The translations under genes and the position numbers were made by a program. Shown piece by piece: positions 49,250 to 60,265 of a stretch of 64,000 nt of DNA. The stretch is taken from positions 1 through 64,000 of the forward strand of contig JAQBYT010000011.1 in NCBI GenBank assembly GCA_027622665.1. The letters are read 5' to 3'. Every line of letters begins with the position of its first letter. The stretch's first letter is position 1. The notes below the pieces were generated by a model, which did not search any database, had not been told where the DNA came from, and saw nothing but the letters and a program-made list of their open reading frames with translations. The DNA is from Verrucomicrobiota bacterium (GTDB taxonomy: Bacteria; Verrucomicrobiota; Verrucomicrobiia; Opitutales; Seribacteraceae).

Positions 49250-50338
49250 TTAAACGAGCTTTTCACCATCTTTGATTTCAACTATCTTTCGAGTAAGTTC
49301 CTTTATGCCTTGAGCCATGTCCTTCCGGCAAACCAAAGTGGCGTCGGCGGACTGCACGACGATGAGATCATCCACACCGAGCAAAGCCACCAAGTGACCG
49401 TCCTCGGCATAGGTCACGTTGCCCTTGGACTTCAAGGCGAGGCCTGCCCCTCGAAAGACGTTTCCCATTTCATCCGCAGGGAAGTGACGCTCGATCGCGG
49501 GCCACTCGCCCACGTCGTCCCAGTCGAACGCGGATTCCAGCACCGCCACGTTCTCGGCCTTTTCCATAACAGCGAAATCCACTGATATCTTGGTCAACGT
49601 AGGGTAAACGGACTGCATGGCTTCGTCTAGAGAAGCCTCTTCGGTCCAGGCATCATCGAGTGCCTTAATACCTTTGGCAAGATCGGGAGCGTGGCTCGCA
49701 ATGGCCTTCAGGATCACCTCGGGGCGCCAGACAAACATGCCGGCATTCCAAAGATAATCGCCTGAGGCAATGTAACTCTCGGCGGTCTCTCGATCAGGTT
49801 TTTCAACGAAGCGAACGGCGTTGTAGAGAGTTCGCCCGCCGGGTTCACCGCAAGGTTCCCCGCGTTGTATATAGCCGTAACCTGTGGCTGGTTCGGTTGG
49901 TCGAATACCTATCGTGACAAGTAAATCCTGAGTTTCGGCCGCCTCGAAAGCCGAATCGAGGATGGTTCGGAAACCTGCGTTGTCCTCGATCACGTGATCC
50001 GCAGGTAACATCGCAAAAGCGGCGGAGGAATTCTCTCGCTGAACAAGCAAAGCCGAAAGAGCAACGGCTGCGGCGGTGTCTCTTCCCTCCGGTTCTCCAA
50101 CTACCCGCTCGGGCAAAAGATTCGGACAAGTTTCAAGCACTGCATCCCGCTGCTCGGAGTTCGTGACCACGAAAATGTTTTCGAGCGGAACCAAGCCGCC
50201 AAGACGATTCACTGTCTGCGCGAGCATGGGCTCGTCTCCCACGATAGGCAAGAGATGCTTGGGACGACGCAAACGGCTTTGGGGCCAAAAACGTTCTCCG
50301 CGTCCGCCCGCCATAATTACCACATATCGGTTGTTCAT
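49250..50338 (-). CDS. Mannose-1-phosphate guanylyltransferase (no PMI domain)
   Basis: IMAGGRGERFWP.SR..PK, EPEGRDTA, PADH, FVEKP, WNAGMF and WDDVG. Start chosen at ATG 50338. Confidence 0.93.
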   Translation of the reverse strand: MNNRYVVIMAGGRGERFWPQSRLRRPKHLLPIVGDEPMLAQTVNRLGGLVPLENIFVVTNSEQRDAVLETCPNLLPERVVGEPEGRDTAAAVALSALLVQRENSSAAFAMLPADHVIEDNAGFRTILDSAFEAAETQDLLVTIGIRPTEPATGYGYIQRGEPCGEPGGRTLYNAVRFVEKPDRETAESYIASGDYLWNAGMFVWRPEVILKAIASHAPDLAKGIKALDDAWTEEASLDEAMQSVYPTLTKISVDFAVMEKAENVAVLESAFDWDDVGEWPAIERHFPADEMGNVFRGAGLALKSKGNVTYAEDGHLVALLGVDDLIVVQSADATLVCRKDMAQGIKELTRKIVEIKDGEKLV

Positions 50339-50508
50339 ATTCTCAGAAGCAACGAATGAATGAACTCTTTGGCGAGAAAAAAGGCCAACTAGGAAAACTC
50401 GAGCATCCCATTGCATGCCTTTTTCGAAAAAATCAAATCCGGCATCGCACTTGCCATGACGCCTGCTTTCTATATGATGCCAAGGCTTTTCCGTATTTCA
50501 AAGAAACT

Positions 50509-52296
50509 ATGAAACGCACTCATCACTGCAACGAACTCCGCAAAGCCGACGCCGGATCCTCCGCCAACATCGCAGGATGGATCGACTCCGTACGAGATCA
50601 CGGAGGAATTCTCTTCATCGACCTCAGGGATCGCGAAGGCAAAACCCAGCTCGTACTGGATCCCGAGAACTCAGAGCTCGCAAAGGTTTTCAGCCAACTG
50701 AAACCCGAAAGCGTAATCCAAGCCTCCGGTGAAGTCCGCGAACGAGATGGTGATACCGTAAACGCCAACCTCCCCACGGGAGAAGTGGAGATCCACGTCG
50801 CCGAGTTGATCATCCACAATCAGTCAAAGACGCCTCCTTTCCCGATGGACGACGAGGGAGACCGGGTAGGCGAGGAGTTGCGACTCGCCCATCGCTACCT
50901 GGATCTTCGAAGACCAAAAAACTTCGAGACTCTCAAACTTCGCCATAAGGCTAGCAAAGCCATCCGCGACTATTTCGACGCCAATGGCTTTCTCGATGTT
51001 GAAACGCCCATGCTATTCAAGAGCACCCCGGAAGGAGCTCGCGAATTCCTCGCCCCCAGTCGCCTCAACCCCGGCAAGTTCTATGCCCTCCCCCAGTCGC
51101 CTCAGCAATACAAGCAGATGTTAATGGTCGCGGGCGTGGAGCGCTACTACCAGTTGGCGCGCTGCTTCCGCGACGAGGATCTGCGGGCAGACCGTCAACC
51201 CGAGTTCACCCAGGTGGACGTCGAGATGTCGTTCATCGACCGCGAAGACATGTACGCCCTGATCGAGGGATTGTTGAAAAGAGTTTGGCAAGAAACTCTG
51301 GGAACTGAAATAGAGACCCCCTTTCTTCGAATGCCCTTTGAGGAAGCCATGAACCGCTTCGGTTCGGACAAGCCCGACATGCGTTTCGGCCTAGAAATAC
51401 AAGACTTTTCCGAAACCTTTCGGGAATCTGATTTCAAAGTCTTCTCCGGTACGATCGCAAGCGGTGGCTCAGTAAAGGCATTCAATGCCAAAGGGTTGGC
51501 CGACCTCACGCAAGGAGAGCTCAAGCACCTTGAGGAAACCGCCAAGTCTCTCGGAGCCAAAGGACTGGCATTCATCAAGTCTGAAAACGGCGATTGGAAA
51601 TCGCCCATCCTCAAATTCCTCTCACAGTCCGAGCAAGACAAGCTTCGGGAAGATCTCTTCGTAGAAGACGGAGACATTATTTTCTTCGCAGCAGGCGACT
51701 GGGAAAGCTCTTGCAACATTCTGGGACGCGTTCGATTGGAATCCGCCACCCTTTTGGAAAAACGAGGCAAGATCGAACGATCTCCGACGGACTGGAAGTT
51801 TCTATGGGTGATCGACTTTCCACTCATGAGCCACGATGAGGAACAAGGTCGCTACGTAGCCACTCACCACCCTTTCACTTCTCCGGTTCCGGAAGACATC
51901 GAATTGCTGGACTCGGAACCCAAGAAGGTAAGGGGCCAACACTACGACATAGTGCTTAACGGTGTCGAACTTGGTGGTGGATCGATCCGCATCCACCAGC
52001 CCGACTTACAAAAGAAAGTTTTCGAGGAAATTCTCGCCATACCTGCCGACGTCGTAAAAAGCCGGTTTGGCTACATGCTGGAAGCTTTTTCCTTTGGCGC
52101 GCCTCCTCATGGCGGGATTGCACTTGGGTTAGATCGCCTCGTCGCCATTCTGGCAGGGAGAGATAGTATCCGAGACGTCATAGCTTTCCCAAAGACTCAG
52201 AAAGGTCAGGATCTAATGACGGACAGCCCAAGCACCGCCACCGACAAACAACTCCGCGACCTTCACATCCGTTCGGTTCTCCCCGAAAGCGATTAA
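50509..52296 (+). CDS. aspS: Aspartate--tRNA ligase
   Basis: MKRTH, RDHGG, STPEGARE, LPQSPQ, FRDEDLRADRQPEFTQ and PPHGGIALGLDR. Start chosen at ATG 50509. Confidence 0.98.
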   Translation: MKRTHHCNELRKADAGSSANIAGWIDSVRDHGGILFIDLRDREGKTQLVLDPENSELAKVFSQLKPESVIQASGEVRERDGDTVNANLPTGEVEIHVAELIIHNQSKTPPFPMDDEGDRVGEELRLAHRYLDLRRPKNFETLKLRHKASKAIRDYFDANGFLDVETPMLFKSTPEGAREFLAPSRLNPGKFYALPQSPQQYKQMLMVAGVERYYQLARCFRDEDLRADRQPEFTQVDVEMSFIDREDMYALIEGLLKRVWQETLGTEIETPFLRMPFEEAMNRFGSDKPDMRFGLEIQDFSETFRESDFKVFSGTIASGGSVKAFNAKGLADLTQGELKHLEETAKSLGAKGLAFIKSENGDWKSPILKFLSQSEQDKLREDLFVEDGDIIFFAAGDWESSCNILGRVRLESATLLEKRGKIERSPTDWKFLWVIDFPLMSHDEEQGRYVATHHPFTSPVPEDIELLDSEPKKVRGQHYDIVLNGVELGGGSIRIHQPDLQKKVFEEILAIPADVVKSRFGYMLEAFSFGAPPHGGIALGLDRLVAILAGRDSIRDVIAFPKTQKGQDLMTDSPSTATDKQLRDLHIRSVLPESD

Positions 52297-52549
52297 CGAA
52301 TACTCGTCTTTCAGAACGAAAACCTCTCCGGAACAAAACAAATTCGGAAAATACAAGTTTCGGGATCAGCCCGAAAAACGAATAGTATAGCATCGTTCGC
52401 TGTTGGGAATCTCGCGCAAGCCGTCTTGGTTGCAATTGATTCGCTTCCGAGTTCGAATCGGCAGCGCGAACTTAATGCTCAGAAAATGAGTCATTATGAA
52501 AAAACATTTTTTGACATATTTTTAGTCAATCTCGATTCTGAGGAACAGT

Positions 52550-52565
52550 TGGCACGGTAGTTGCA
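52550..52565 (+). promoter_or_regulatory. Sigma-54 (-24/-12) promoter upstream of the first amt gene
   Basis: TGGCACGGTAGTTGCA matches TGGCACG-N4-TTGCW, 68 bp before the ATG. Confidence 0.85.
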
Positions 52566-52633
52566 AGATGAGAGCTAGATGGATCAATCCATCCACAAAC
52601 CAACCAACTACAAACTGATAAGAAAGAGAAACC

Positions 52634-54046
52634 ATGTTAAATAAAAAAATTGTGCCATGGTTCGCGGGATCGCTCATGCTAGTGCTCCTCGGACTAATAT
52701 CGTTCACTACTCAAGGGTTTGCCCAAGATAACGCTACAGCAAGCCCTGACGCTCCTGAAGCAGTCGCAGATGCAGCGGCGCCCGCAGATGCCCCAGAAGA
52801 GGTGGCGACCATCGACAGCGGTGACACCGCTTGGATGATCGTGGCAACATTGCTCGTACTCTTTATGACCATTCCGGGACTCTCTCTCTTCTATGGTGGG
52901 CTTGTCAGGTCTAAGAACATTCTTTCCGTACTTGTACAGTGTTTCGCCATCACATCCATAATAACTGTCTTGTGGGTTCTATACGGCTATAGCCTTGCCT
53001 TCAATACGGATGGAATGGAAGCAGGGGTGACGAACTACAACTCCTTTGTTGGAGGCTTGGGTACCGCTCTACTAGCAAACATTAGTTCGGACACAGTAAG
53101 TGGGACTATTCCCGAAGTCGTCTTCATCACATTCCAGATGACATTCGCGATAATCACTCCCGCACTCATCGTCGGAGCCTTCGCCGAACGGATGAAATTC
53201 TCTGCGGTACTCATCTTCACGGTCCTGTGGTTCACTTTTTCCTACGCCCCCATTTGCCACATGGCTTGGTCGGGTGATGGAGCTCTATTCAACACTTGGG
53301 GTGTAATCGATTTCGCAGGCGGCACGGTAGTTCATATCAATGCAGGCATCGCAGGTTTGGTAGCCTGTATCATGGTAGGGAAACGAAAAGGTTTCGGGAG
53401 TGCCAAGCTTACTCCGCACAGCGTGCCCTTGACGGTAATTGGAGCTTCTATGCTTTGGGTCGGCTGGTTTGGTTTTAACGCCGGCAGCGAATTAGCAGCC
53501 GACGGTGTCGCAGGTATGGCCTTGCTGGTCACACAAGTGGCCGCCGCCACTGCCGCCGCAAGTTGGATGTTCGTGGAATGGTTTACCAAGGGTAAGCCGA
53601 CCGCGGTTGGTTTGGCCACGGGAGCCGTAGCAGGTCTCGTAGCCATTACTCCTGCATCAGGTTCCGTAGGTCCGATGGGAGCCATGCTCATAGGAGCGGC
53701 TTCCGCGACAATCTGTTACTGGGCGGCAACTTCCATCAAAGCCAAGTTCGGATACGACGACAGTCTCGACGTTTTCGGCGTCCACGGCGTGGGTGGCATC
53801 GTTGGAGCTTTGCTCACGGGTTGCCTCGTAGTCGATGCCGCTCATGGAGGCGAAAGCTTTGTCATAGGCGACCAGCTTTGGATTCAAGCCAAAAGCGTGC
53901 TCGTCACAATCGCTTGGAGTGGAGTAGTCTCATTTATTGCACTTAAGATCGCAGGTCTCGTTGCCGGCGGCATCCGTTCCGACGAGGATTCCGAAGAAAC
54001 GGGTCTCGACCTTACCGACCACGGCGAAACGGGATATTCCTCCTAA
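52634..54046 (+). CDS. amtB: Ammonium transporter (copy 1)
   Basis: GDTAW, FYGGLVR.KN, FQMTFAIITP, DFAGGTVVH, GWFGFNAGS and DDSLDVFGVHG. Confidence 0.97.
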   Translation: MLNKKIVPWFAGSLMLVLLGLISFTTQGFAQDNATASPDAPEAVADAAAPADAPEEVATIDSGDTAWMIVATLLVLFMTIPGLSLFYGGLVRSKNILSVLVQCFAITSIITVLWVLYGYSLAFNTDGMEAGVTNYNSFVGGLGTALLANISSDTVSGTIPEVVFITFQMTFAIITPALIVGAFAERMKFSAVLIFTVLWFTFSYAPICHMAWSGDGALFNTWGVIDFAGGTVVHINAGIAGLVACIMVGKRKGFGSAKLTPHSVPLTVIGASMLWVGWFGFNAGSELAADGVAGMALLVTQVAAATAAASWMFVEWFTKGKPTAVGLATGAVAGLVAITPASGSVGPMGAMLIGAASATICYWAATSIKAKFGYDDSLDVFGVHGVGGIVGALLTGCLVVDAAHGGESFVIGDQLWIQAKSVLVTIAWSGVVSFIALKIAGLVAGGIRSDEDSEETGLDLTDHGETGYSS

Positions 54047-54055
54047 CCCCACTAA

Positions 54056-54412
<357 letters not shown>

Positions 54413-54453
54413 GCGGAATGTTATCCTTGACCGCCTAATGCGGTCGATTTTTC

Positions 54454-54486
54454 AAGGGCCGATCCTTTCGAGGGTCGGCCCTTTTT
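54454..54486 (+). terminator. Intrinsic terminator after the first P-II gene
   Basis: Stem aagggccgatcct / agggtcggccctt with a TTCG loop and a T-run. Confidence 0.9.
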
Positions 54487-54659
54487 CGTGGGTCACAAGG
54501 GAGTCTAAGAATTCCAGAAAAGAAGAGATTCAATCGCAGTCCATGAATGATTTCATGTTTTGTCTTGAATTTTACTCATAGATCAGTACGAGGATGCCAC
54601 TGCCTATTCACAATAGGCTAAACGACACAAACAAAGTGAAATCCAAAGGAGCAAAAGAT

Positions 54660-56069
54660 ATGGAGATATTCAAACATCAGTCGCTATTTCGCGTATGGCT
54701 ACGAACGATAACAATACTCCCATGCATCATGCTTCTGACTTTGCCGATTGCCGCCCAGGAAGAAGATTCAAAGGATGTGAATGCCGTTACGATTGAATCC
54801 GGCGCAAGCGACCAACAACAATCAAACAGCGCTCCCATCGCGTCAAAGAGTCCTGACAGCGGAAACACTGCTTGGATGCTGACAGCGACTGCTCTTGTAC
54901 TCTTTATGACTCTTCCCGGTCTAGCTTTATTCTACGGTGGGCTCGTTCAATCCAAAAATGTCCTATCGGTACTCATGCACTGTTTCACAATCGCGTGTCT
55001 AGCCTCGATAGTTTGGGTTGCATGTGGTTACAGTTTGGCCCTTACCGAAGGAAGCGAGTGGATCGGGGGAACGGACAGATTGTTTCTCAACGGCTTAACC
55101 GCCGACTCTCTCAATGGCGACTTTCCCGAATCAGTTTGGATCGTATTCCAAATGACTTTTGCGATCATTACTCCAGGACTGATCGTAGGAGCCTTTGTCG
55201 AAAGAATCAAATTCTCGGCAATGATAATTTTCAGCGCTCTTTGGCTTCTAATTGTTTATGTACCAGTTTGTCACTGGGTATGGGCAGAAGGAGGTTGGCT
55301 TTTTGAAGCAGGCGTCATCGATTTCGCAGGCGGTATTGTAGTGCACGCCACCGCAGGTGCTTCCGCACTTACAATCGCCGCAATGCTTGGAAGACGACAA
55401 GGGTTTCCAAAAAACCTTCGACCGCCTCATAGTCCGGGACTGGTAATGATTGGTGCAGCGATGCTTTGGGTGGGATGGTTTGGATTTAATGCCGGTAGTG
55501 CCGCTGCCGCCGATGGGAGCGCAGGAATGGCCATGCTCGTAACTCACATTTCAGCCGCAACAGCGAGTCTAGTATGGATGTTCGTTGAGTGGAAGCAAAC
55601 AGGTAAACCCGGCCTTGTCGGCATAGTCACCGGAATGGTAGCGGGTTTGGCAACGATAACACCGGCGTCAGGCAACGTAGGTCCCATGGGAGCGGTAATT
55701 ATTGGAGCGACTGCAGGAATAGTATGTTACTTCGCATGCGGAATCATTAAGGAGAAGCTTAACATTGATGATGCTCTAGATGTCGCAGCCGTACATGGCG
55801 TGGGAGGTGTCCTAGGAACTCTAATGGTGGCCTTTCTTGGAGTCGAAGGGACTTTGGAAGGACAGGGCATAAACTTGGATAGCGCCGGAGATCAATTCAT
55901 CATTCAAGCTAAAGGGTGTCTCGCCGCAATCACCCTATCGGTAGTAGCCACCTATGTTATCGTAAAGATTACCTCAGCTCTCACAGGAGGCATTCGAGTC
56001 TCCGAAGAAGAAGAAACAAAGGGGCTTGACCAAGCCTCACATGGGGAGAATGGTTACAGTATTCAATGA
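54660..56069 (+). CDS. amtB: Ammonium transporter (copy 2); ORF open from 54594
   Basis: GNTAW, FQMTFAIITP, DFAGGIVVH, GWFGFNAGS and DDALDVAAVHG. Confidence 0.96.
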   Translation: MEIFKHQSLFRVWLRTITILPCIMLLTLPIAAQEEDSKDVNAVTIESGASDQQQSNSAPIASKSPDSGNTAWMLTATALVLFMTLPGLALFYGGLVQSKNVLSVLMHCFTIACLASIVWVACGYSLALTEGSEWIGGTDRLFLNGLTADSLNGDFPESVWIVFQMTFAIITPGLIVGAFVERIKFSAMIIFSALWLLIVYVPVCHWVWAEGGWLFEAGVIDFAGGIVVHATAGASALTIAAMLGRRQGFPKNLRPPHSPGLVMIGAAMLWVGWFGFNAGSAAAADGSAGMAMLVTHISAATASLVWMFVEWKQTGKPGLVGIVTGMVAGLATITPASGNVGPMGAVIIGATAGIVCYFACGIIKEKLNIDDALDVAAVHGVGGVLGTLMVAFLGVEGTLEGQGINLDSAGDQFIIQAKGCLAAITLSVVATYVIVKITSALTGGIRVSEEEETKGLDQASHGENGYSIQ

Positions 56070-56438
<369 letters not shown>

Positions 56439-56449
56439 TTCTTTGTTAC

Positions 56450-57832
56450 CTAGCCTAGCTGGGCAGACAAGTTCCAGACGAGCCAGACAACCGTGGCGTA
56501 AATAGGAAAGGCCATCGCCTGCTTAAAGGATTCCATCCAAGCTCCCGGCTTGGGCAAGCGACTTATCCAGTTCGGCATCAATGATAAGAGCAGATAGGGA
56601 CAGGCCAATCCCAATCCGACGCAGGTGAACACGGCAATGGCAGGCACCCACGCCATCGCCAAGGCAGCACCCACGGCGACACCGAGGAAAGGCGCCATGC
56701 AGGGCGTGGCCACCACTACGGCCAAGACGCCCGAAAAGAAGGATCCCGCATAACCCGATTGCCGGCTAAGCTGGGATCCAGTGCCGATGAGTGACTGCCC
56801 GATCTCGAAAACACCGCTAAGACTCAAGGCGAAAATCAAAAGCACGAGCGCCAAAATAAAAACGAAACCTGGTTCCTGCAATTGAAAGCCCCACCCCAAT
56901 TCCTGCTTCATCGTATTACGCAACCACAGAAGAACACCGACTAAAAGCCAAAAGGAGATCAAGACCCCTGCTGTAAAGATGAAACCGTGACGAGCAATCT
57001 TCTTCCTATCTTCTCCCGCCTGTTTGACAAACCCCATGATTTTTAGTCCAAGCACGGGAAATACGCACGGCATCAAATTCAGGATTAGACCTCCGAGAAA
57101 GGCAAATCCAAGTATAGCTACAAACCCTTGCTCACCCGGTTCCAAGTAAGGTTTTCCCGTCTCAAGAACATCCAATACCATGGCCTCCGTCAAGGCCTCC
57201 GGCATCAGAATAGGCGGGGGGGGCAATGCTTTTGGATCGTGAGCCTTGTGATAGATATTTAGAGGAACGCCCTCGCGCCCATAGCTTTGCAACGCATTAA
57301 GAATGACAGGATTTTTATCCGTCCAATCCGCCTTGAGTAGCACAATATCCAATTCCCGTATCTTACGGATTACGTCTTCGTAATGAAACACGCGCTTGTT
57401 CACCTGACAGCTCCAACACCACTTAGCCGTATAATCGACGTAAACAGCCTGCCCTGCGTCCTGCAGTTCACGCTCGCGGGCAGGAGTCCACTTCTCCCAT
57501 TGAAGTGCGTTCTGATCCTCCTTTTCCGTAGGGTAACCAAGCCAAACGCCGCTAGCCAACAAAGAGAAGGACACGAACCAAGCCTTCCGACGAGTTGGAG
57601 AGGACATCCCAAGACCTCCCCAACGGCCATACACCCAAGTTGCCATAGATGCCAAAACCAAACCTAGAAGTACCCATAACGTCGAATAATCGTCTGTGAT
57701 TACTTCGGGAATGGTAGAAACTTTGGGGGCGGTATCTGAAAAAGCAATCGCTGCCATTCCACACAACAGGCTTCCGAGAAAAAGAAGTCTACGTGAGACC
57801 AGTATCGGCACGGAAAGCATCCTCATCAACAC
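56450..57832 (-). CDS. DsbD-family thiol:disulfide interchange protein, circularly permuted
   Basis: Thioredoxin domain (VDYTAKWCWSCQVN, ADWT, GVP) precedes the TM domain (NLMPCVFPVL, ATPCMAP, LPKPGAWM). Confidence 0.85.
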   Translation of the reverse strand: MLMRMLSVPILVSRRLLFLGSLLCGMAAIAFSDTAPKVSTIPEVITDDYSTLWVLLGLVLASMATWVYGRWGGLGMSSPTRRKAWFVSFSLLASGVWLGYPTEKEDQNALQWEKWTPARERELQDAGQAVYVDYTAKWCWSCQVNKRVFHYEDVIRKIRELDIVLLKADWTDKNPVILNALQSYGREGVPLNIYHKAHDPKALPPPPILMPEALTEAMVLDVLETGKPYLEPGEQGFVAILGFAFLGGLILNLMPCVFPVLGLKIMGFVKQAGEDRKKIARHGFIFTAGVLISFWLLVGVLLWLRNTMKQELGWGFQLQEPGFVFILALVLLIFALSLSGVFEIGQSLIGTGSQLSRQSGYAGSFFSGVLAVVVATPCMAPFLGVAVGAALAMAWVPAIAVFTCVGLGLACPYLLLSLMPNWISRLPKPGAWMESFKQAMAFPIYATVVWLVWNLSAQLG

Positions 57833-57841
57833 GAAACCGAA

Positions 57842-59314
57842 TCAGGGCGTAGTCGCGTTGATGAACGTTAGCTGCCCTTTGGCCATACGTGCAAACTCGC
57901 CCGCAGTCTCCGTCAAATCAGCAGGCCAAGTCACGCCCTCGGGTAAAGCCACAACGAAATGAACGATTGGCAGATGAGTTTCTTCCTTGTTCAAGGCGAG
58001 ACGAAAGTTCTCATAAACATCGTGCCAAGGCCACGAACCACTGGATGACACCCTAGGTTTGGGCGGCAAGGTCATTTGAAGACGGGCCAAGGCAAGAAGT
58101 TCCAATTCATCTTTGGTTGTGGGGGTCACCTCATCAGCCTTCATGGAAGCTAGCAACCATTTGACGGCAGTGAGACGAAGAGTCTTTGTCTGTCGCTCCC
58201 ATTTTTTTAAGTCTTCGGGATCGCTTGCTTCCTTCAAACCAGATTGATCGGACCCGACGACCGCAAAGTCCTGAGGACGCATCGAAGAGCATTCCCCTGT
58301 CAAAACAAAGACCGCATCAGGCTCATAGTTTTTTATCGCACAGTAAAGAGCATACCAGGGACCTACGGTGCCTGGAGGTGGTTTATCCACAATGTCACTA
58401 TCATTAGGACGCCGAATTGAAGCAGCATGCTCATTCTCGTAAGGTTCCCCAATTCCCTTAATCCACTTCAAAGCAAGACTTTTGTTAGCAGAACTGGCTG
58501 GAAGAATGGTTTTGCCGAATATGTCAACTTCCCTCAAGTTACGAAAGATCAAGAGGTTAAAGTAAGACTTTGCAGAAAGTCCGGAGATTGCCAATTGCAA
58601 CTTATTTTTCAATTCGCGAAACTGTTCGACTCGATTACCTCGGGTCATGTAGTCGCTTGCGTCCAAGGCAAAAACGATCTGGCGGCCGAGGGTACGGACT
58701 CCGAAAGCATCGATCTCGTAGGTTGGTCGAGCTCTTCCGGGCAATCCGGAAAACAACGGCGCTGTCGTAGGCGAGGGAACTGAGACCGTATCAACCGGCA
58801 CCGGAGAAGGATCGACCGGAGCGTTCGAACCCGTGGAAGTTAAAGCATCTTGTTCCGCAGTAGAAGATGTTGCCGCAAGCAACAATGACTCCAAAGTTTC
58901 GCCTCCCTTCCGATCGGCACCGGTCAGGGTCGCAGATGAATGACTCGATACGGGAGAAGATGATAGTTCAGCTGTAGATGTCACTTCATGTATCGGCAAA
59001 AAGCTTCCAAAATCGATCCATTTCATTTGCCATGCAAGTGTAGCACTCACGACCGCAAGATTCGCCAAGATGCTGAGAGTCAGGACGAGCTTCGAAAACC
59101 ATCCACCTCCTGAAGATTTGTTCGATTTCGTAGCGACAATACCGTACCCCGGCTCGAAAACTTTCCCGCCATTGGTAACAAGATGTTCACGCCAAGCGTC
59201 GAAATCCGTTTCCGAGCACTCGTATTTCTTGCATTGCTCGTCCTTGGATATACTGCGGATAATCGATTCCAGTACGATCCGCAGTTTTTCTTCTCCACTA
59301 AAATGCTTTGCCAT
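57842..59314 (-). CDS. Hypothetical membrane protein: N-terminal transposase-like HTH, one TM, S/T/P linker, vWA-like domain
   Basis: FSGEEKLRIVLE...YECS....AW; TM LVLTLSILANLAVV; IVFALDASDYM, FNLLIF and DAVFVLTG. Confidence 0.65.
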   Translation of the reverse strand: MAKHFSGEEKLRIVLESIIRSISKDEQCKKYECSETDFDAWREHLVTNGGKVFEPGYGIVATKSNKSSGGGWFSKLVLTLSILANLAVVSATLAWQMKWIDFGSFLPIHEVTSTAELSSSPVSSHSSATLTGADRKGGETLESLLLAATSSTAEQDALTSTGSNAPVDPSPVPVDTVSVPSPTTAPLFSGLPGRARPTYEIDAFGVRTLGRQIVFALDASDYMTRGNRVEQFRELKNKLQLAISGLSAKSYFNLLIFRNLREVDIFGKTILPASSANKSLALKWIKGIGEPYENEHAASIRRPNDSDIVDKPPPGTVGPWYALYCAIKNYEPDAVFVLTGECSSMRPQDFAVVGSDQSGLKEASDPEDLKKWERQTKTLRLTAVKWLLASMKADEVTPTTKDELELLALARLQMTLPPKPRVSSSGSWPWHDVYENFRLALNKEETHLPIVHFVVALPEGVTWPADLTETAGEFARMAKGQLTFINATTP

Positions 59315-59340
59315 TAGAAATCAGTTTACAACAGATATAC

Positions 59341-60078
59341 TTAACCGCCAAATTTTTCGCACGCAACTGCCAATGCGCAAATAGCCGCCGTCTCTACTTT
59401 CATTGTATGAGGGCCCAAGCGGACGGGAACAAACCCTGTATCCTCCGCAAGTTTTTTCTCCGCGTCGGAAAACCCCCCTTCCGGACCGATCGCAAAAGCA
59501 ATGTCCGTTGCGGAACTCTTGGGCAGCGAAGAAACGGAAACTGCATTAACTCCAAGACAGCCGATCAATCGGACACCACCGTCCGGTAATTCTTCCAACC
59601 ACTGATCGAAAGAGAGAGGTTTCCGGATCACGGGCAACCATGGATTCCCCGACTGTTTGCAAGCCTCTGTCGTAATTCGCGACCACTTCCCCATCTTTGC
59701 GTCTACCCGATCCTCCACATTCGCGACCTCGCCGTGTTCCGAAAATAGCGGACTTATAAACGAAACTCCGAGCTCTGTGAGTGGCCGAACGATATCATCC
59801 ATTCTACCACCCTTTGGTAGAGAGACCCCGAGATCGAAGGCCACTCGAGGTTTCTCGACCTGAACGGATTCAAGATTTTTCAGAACAACAACCCTTCCGT
59901 TCACGTCAACGACCTCAGTCCGAAAAATTGACCCTCGCCCGTCCAACACCTCGACCGCATTTCCCACTCCAACCCGTAAAACTCTGGAAAGATGACGACT
60001 GTCCTCTCCCTGCAAGTGAAACATGCCTTCCTCCGATGGAAGGTCAACCGGTATGAATACTCGGTAGGTCCGGCTCAT
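59341..60078 (-). CDS. rsmE: 16S rRNA m3U1498 methyltransferase
   Basis: HLSRVLR, TELGV, EACKQSG, IGPEGGFS and LGPHTMKVETA. Start chosen at ATG 60078. Confidence 0.92.
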   Translation of the reverse strand: MSRTYRVFIPVDLPSEEGMFHLQGEDSRHLSRVLRVGVGNAVEVLDGRGSIFRTEVVDVNGRVVVLKNLESVQVEKPRVAFDLGVSLPKGGRMDDIVRPLTELGVSFISPLFSEHGEVANVEDRVDAKMGKWSRITTEACKQSGNPWLPVIRKPLSFDQWLEELPDGGVRLIGCLGVNAVSVSSLPKSSATDIAFAIGPEGGFSDAEKKLAEDTGFVPVRLGPHTMKVETAAICALAVACEKFGG

Positions 60079-60265
60079 TTTTTGTCGAATGCGATTGACC
60101 ATTCCTGCAGGAATCCGACAACGAGTACAACAAAAAGCACTATCCAAAGACGCTCATCTTAGTAACCAAACAATGATATGAAGTCATTCAGTACTTCAGT
60201 ACCATGAAAACGCATTTAATAAGACCGGGAGTTCCACATCGAAGTTCAATAAATCTTCTAATCAG

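Noticed and set aside
49250..50338. Mannose-1-phosphate guanylyltransferase as part of the pglB locus
   Set aside because: It lies over 40 kb away among housekeeping genes. No flippase or pgl glycosyltransferase cluster is in the window, so the donor glycan cannot be inferred.
52715..52745. QDNAT near the N-terminus of Amt copy 1 as a PglB sequon
   Set aside because: It has N-X-T, but the acidic residue is at -1 rather than -2, so it was not counted.
59150..59314. Insertion sequence (IS3 OrfA-like)
   Set aside because: The HTH-like segment is in frame with a TM and vWA-like domain; no integrase/DDE ORF, terminal inverted repeats or target duplication were seen.
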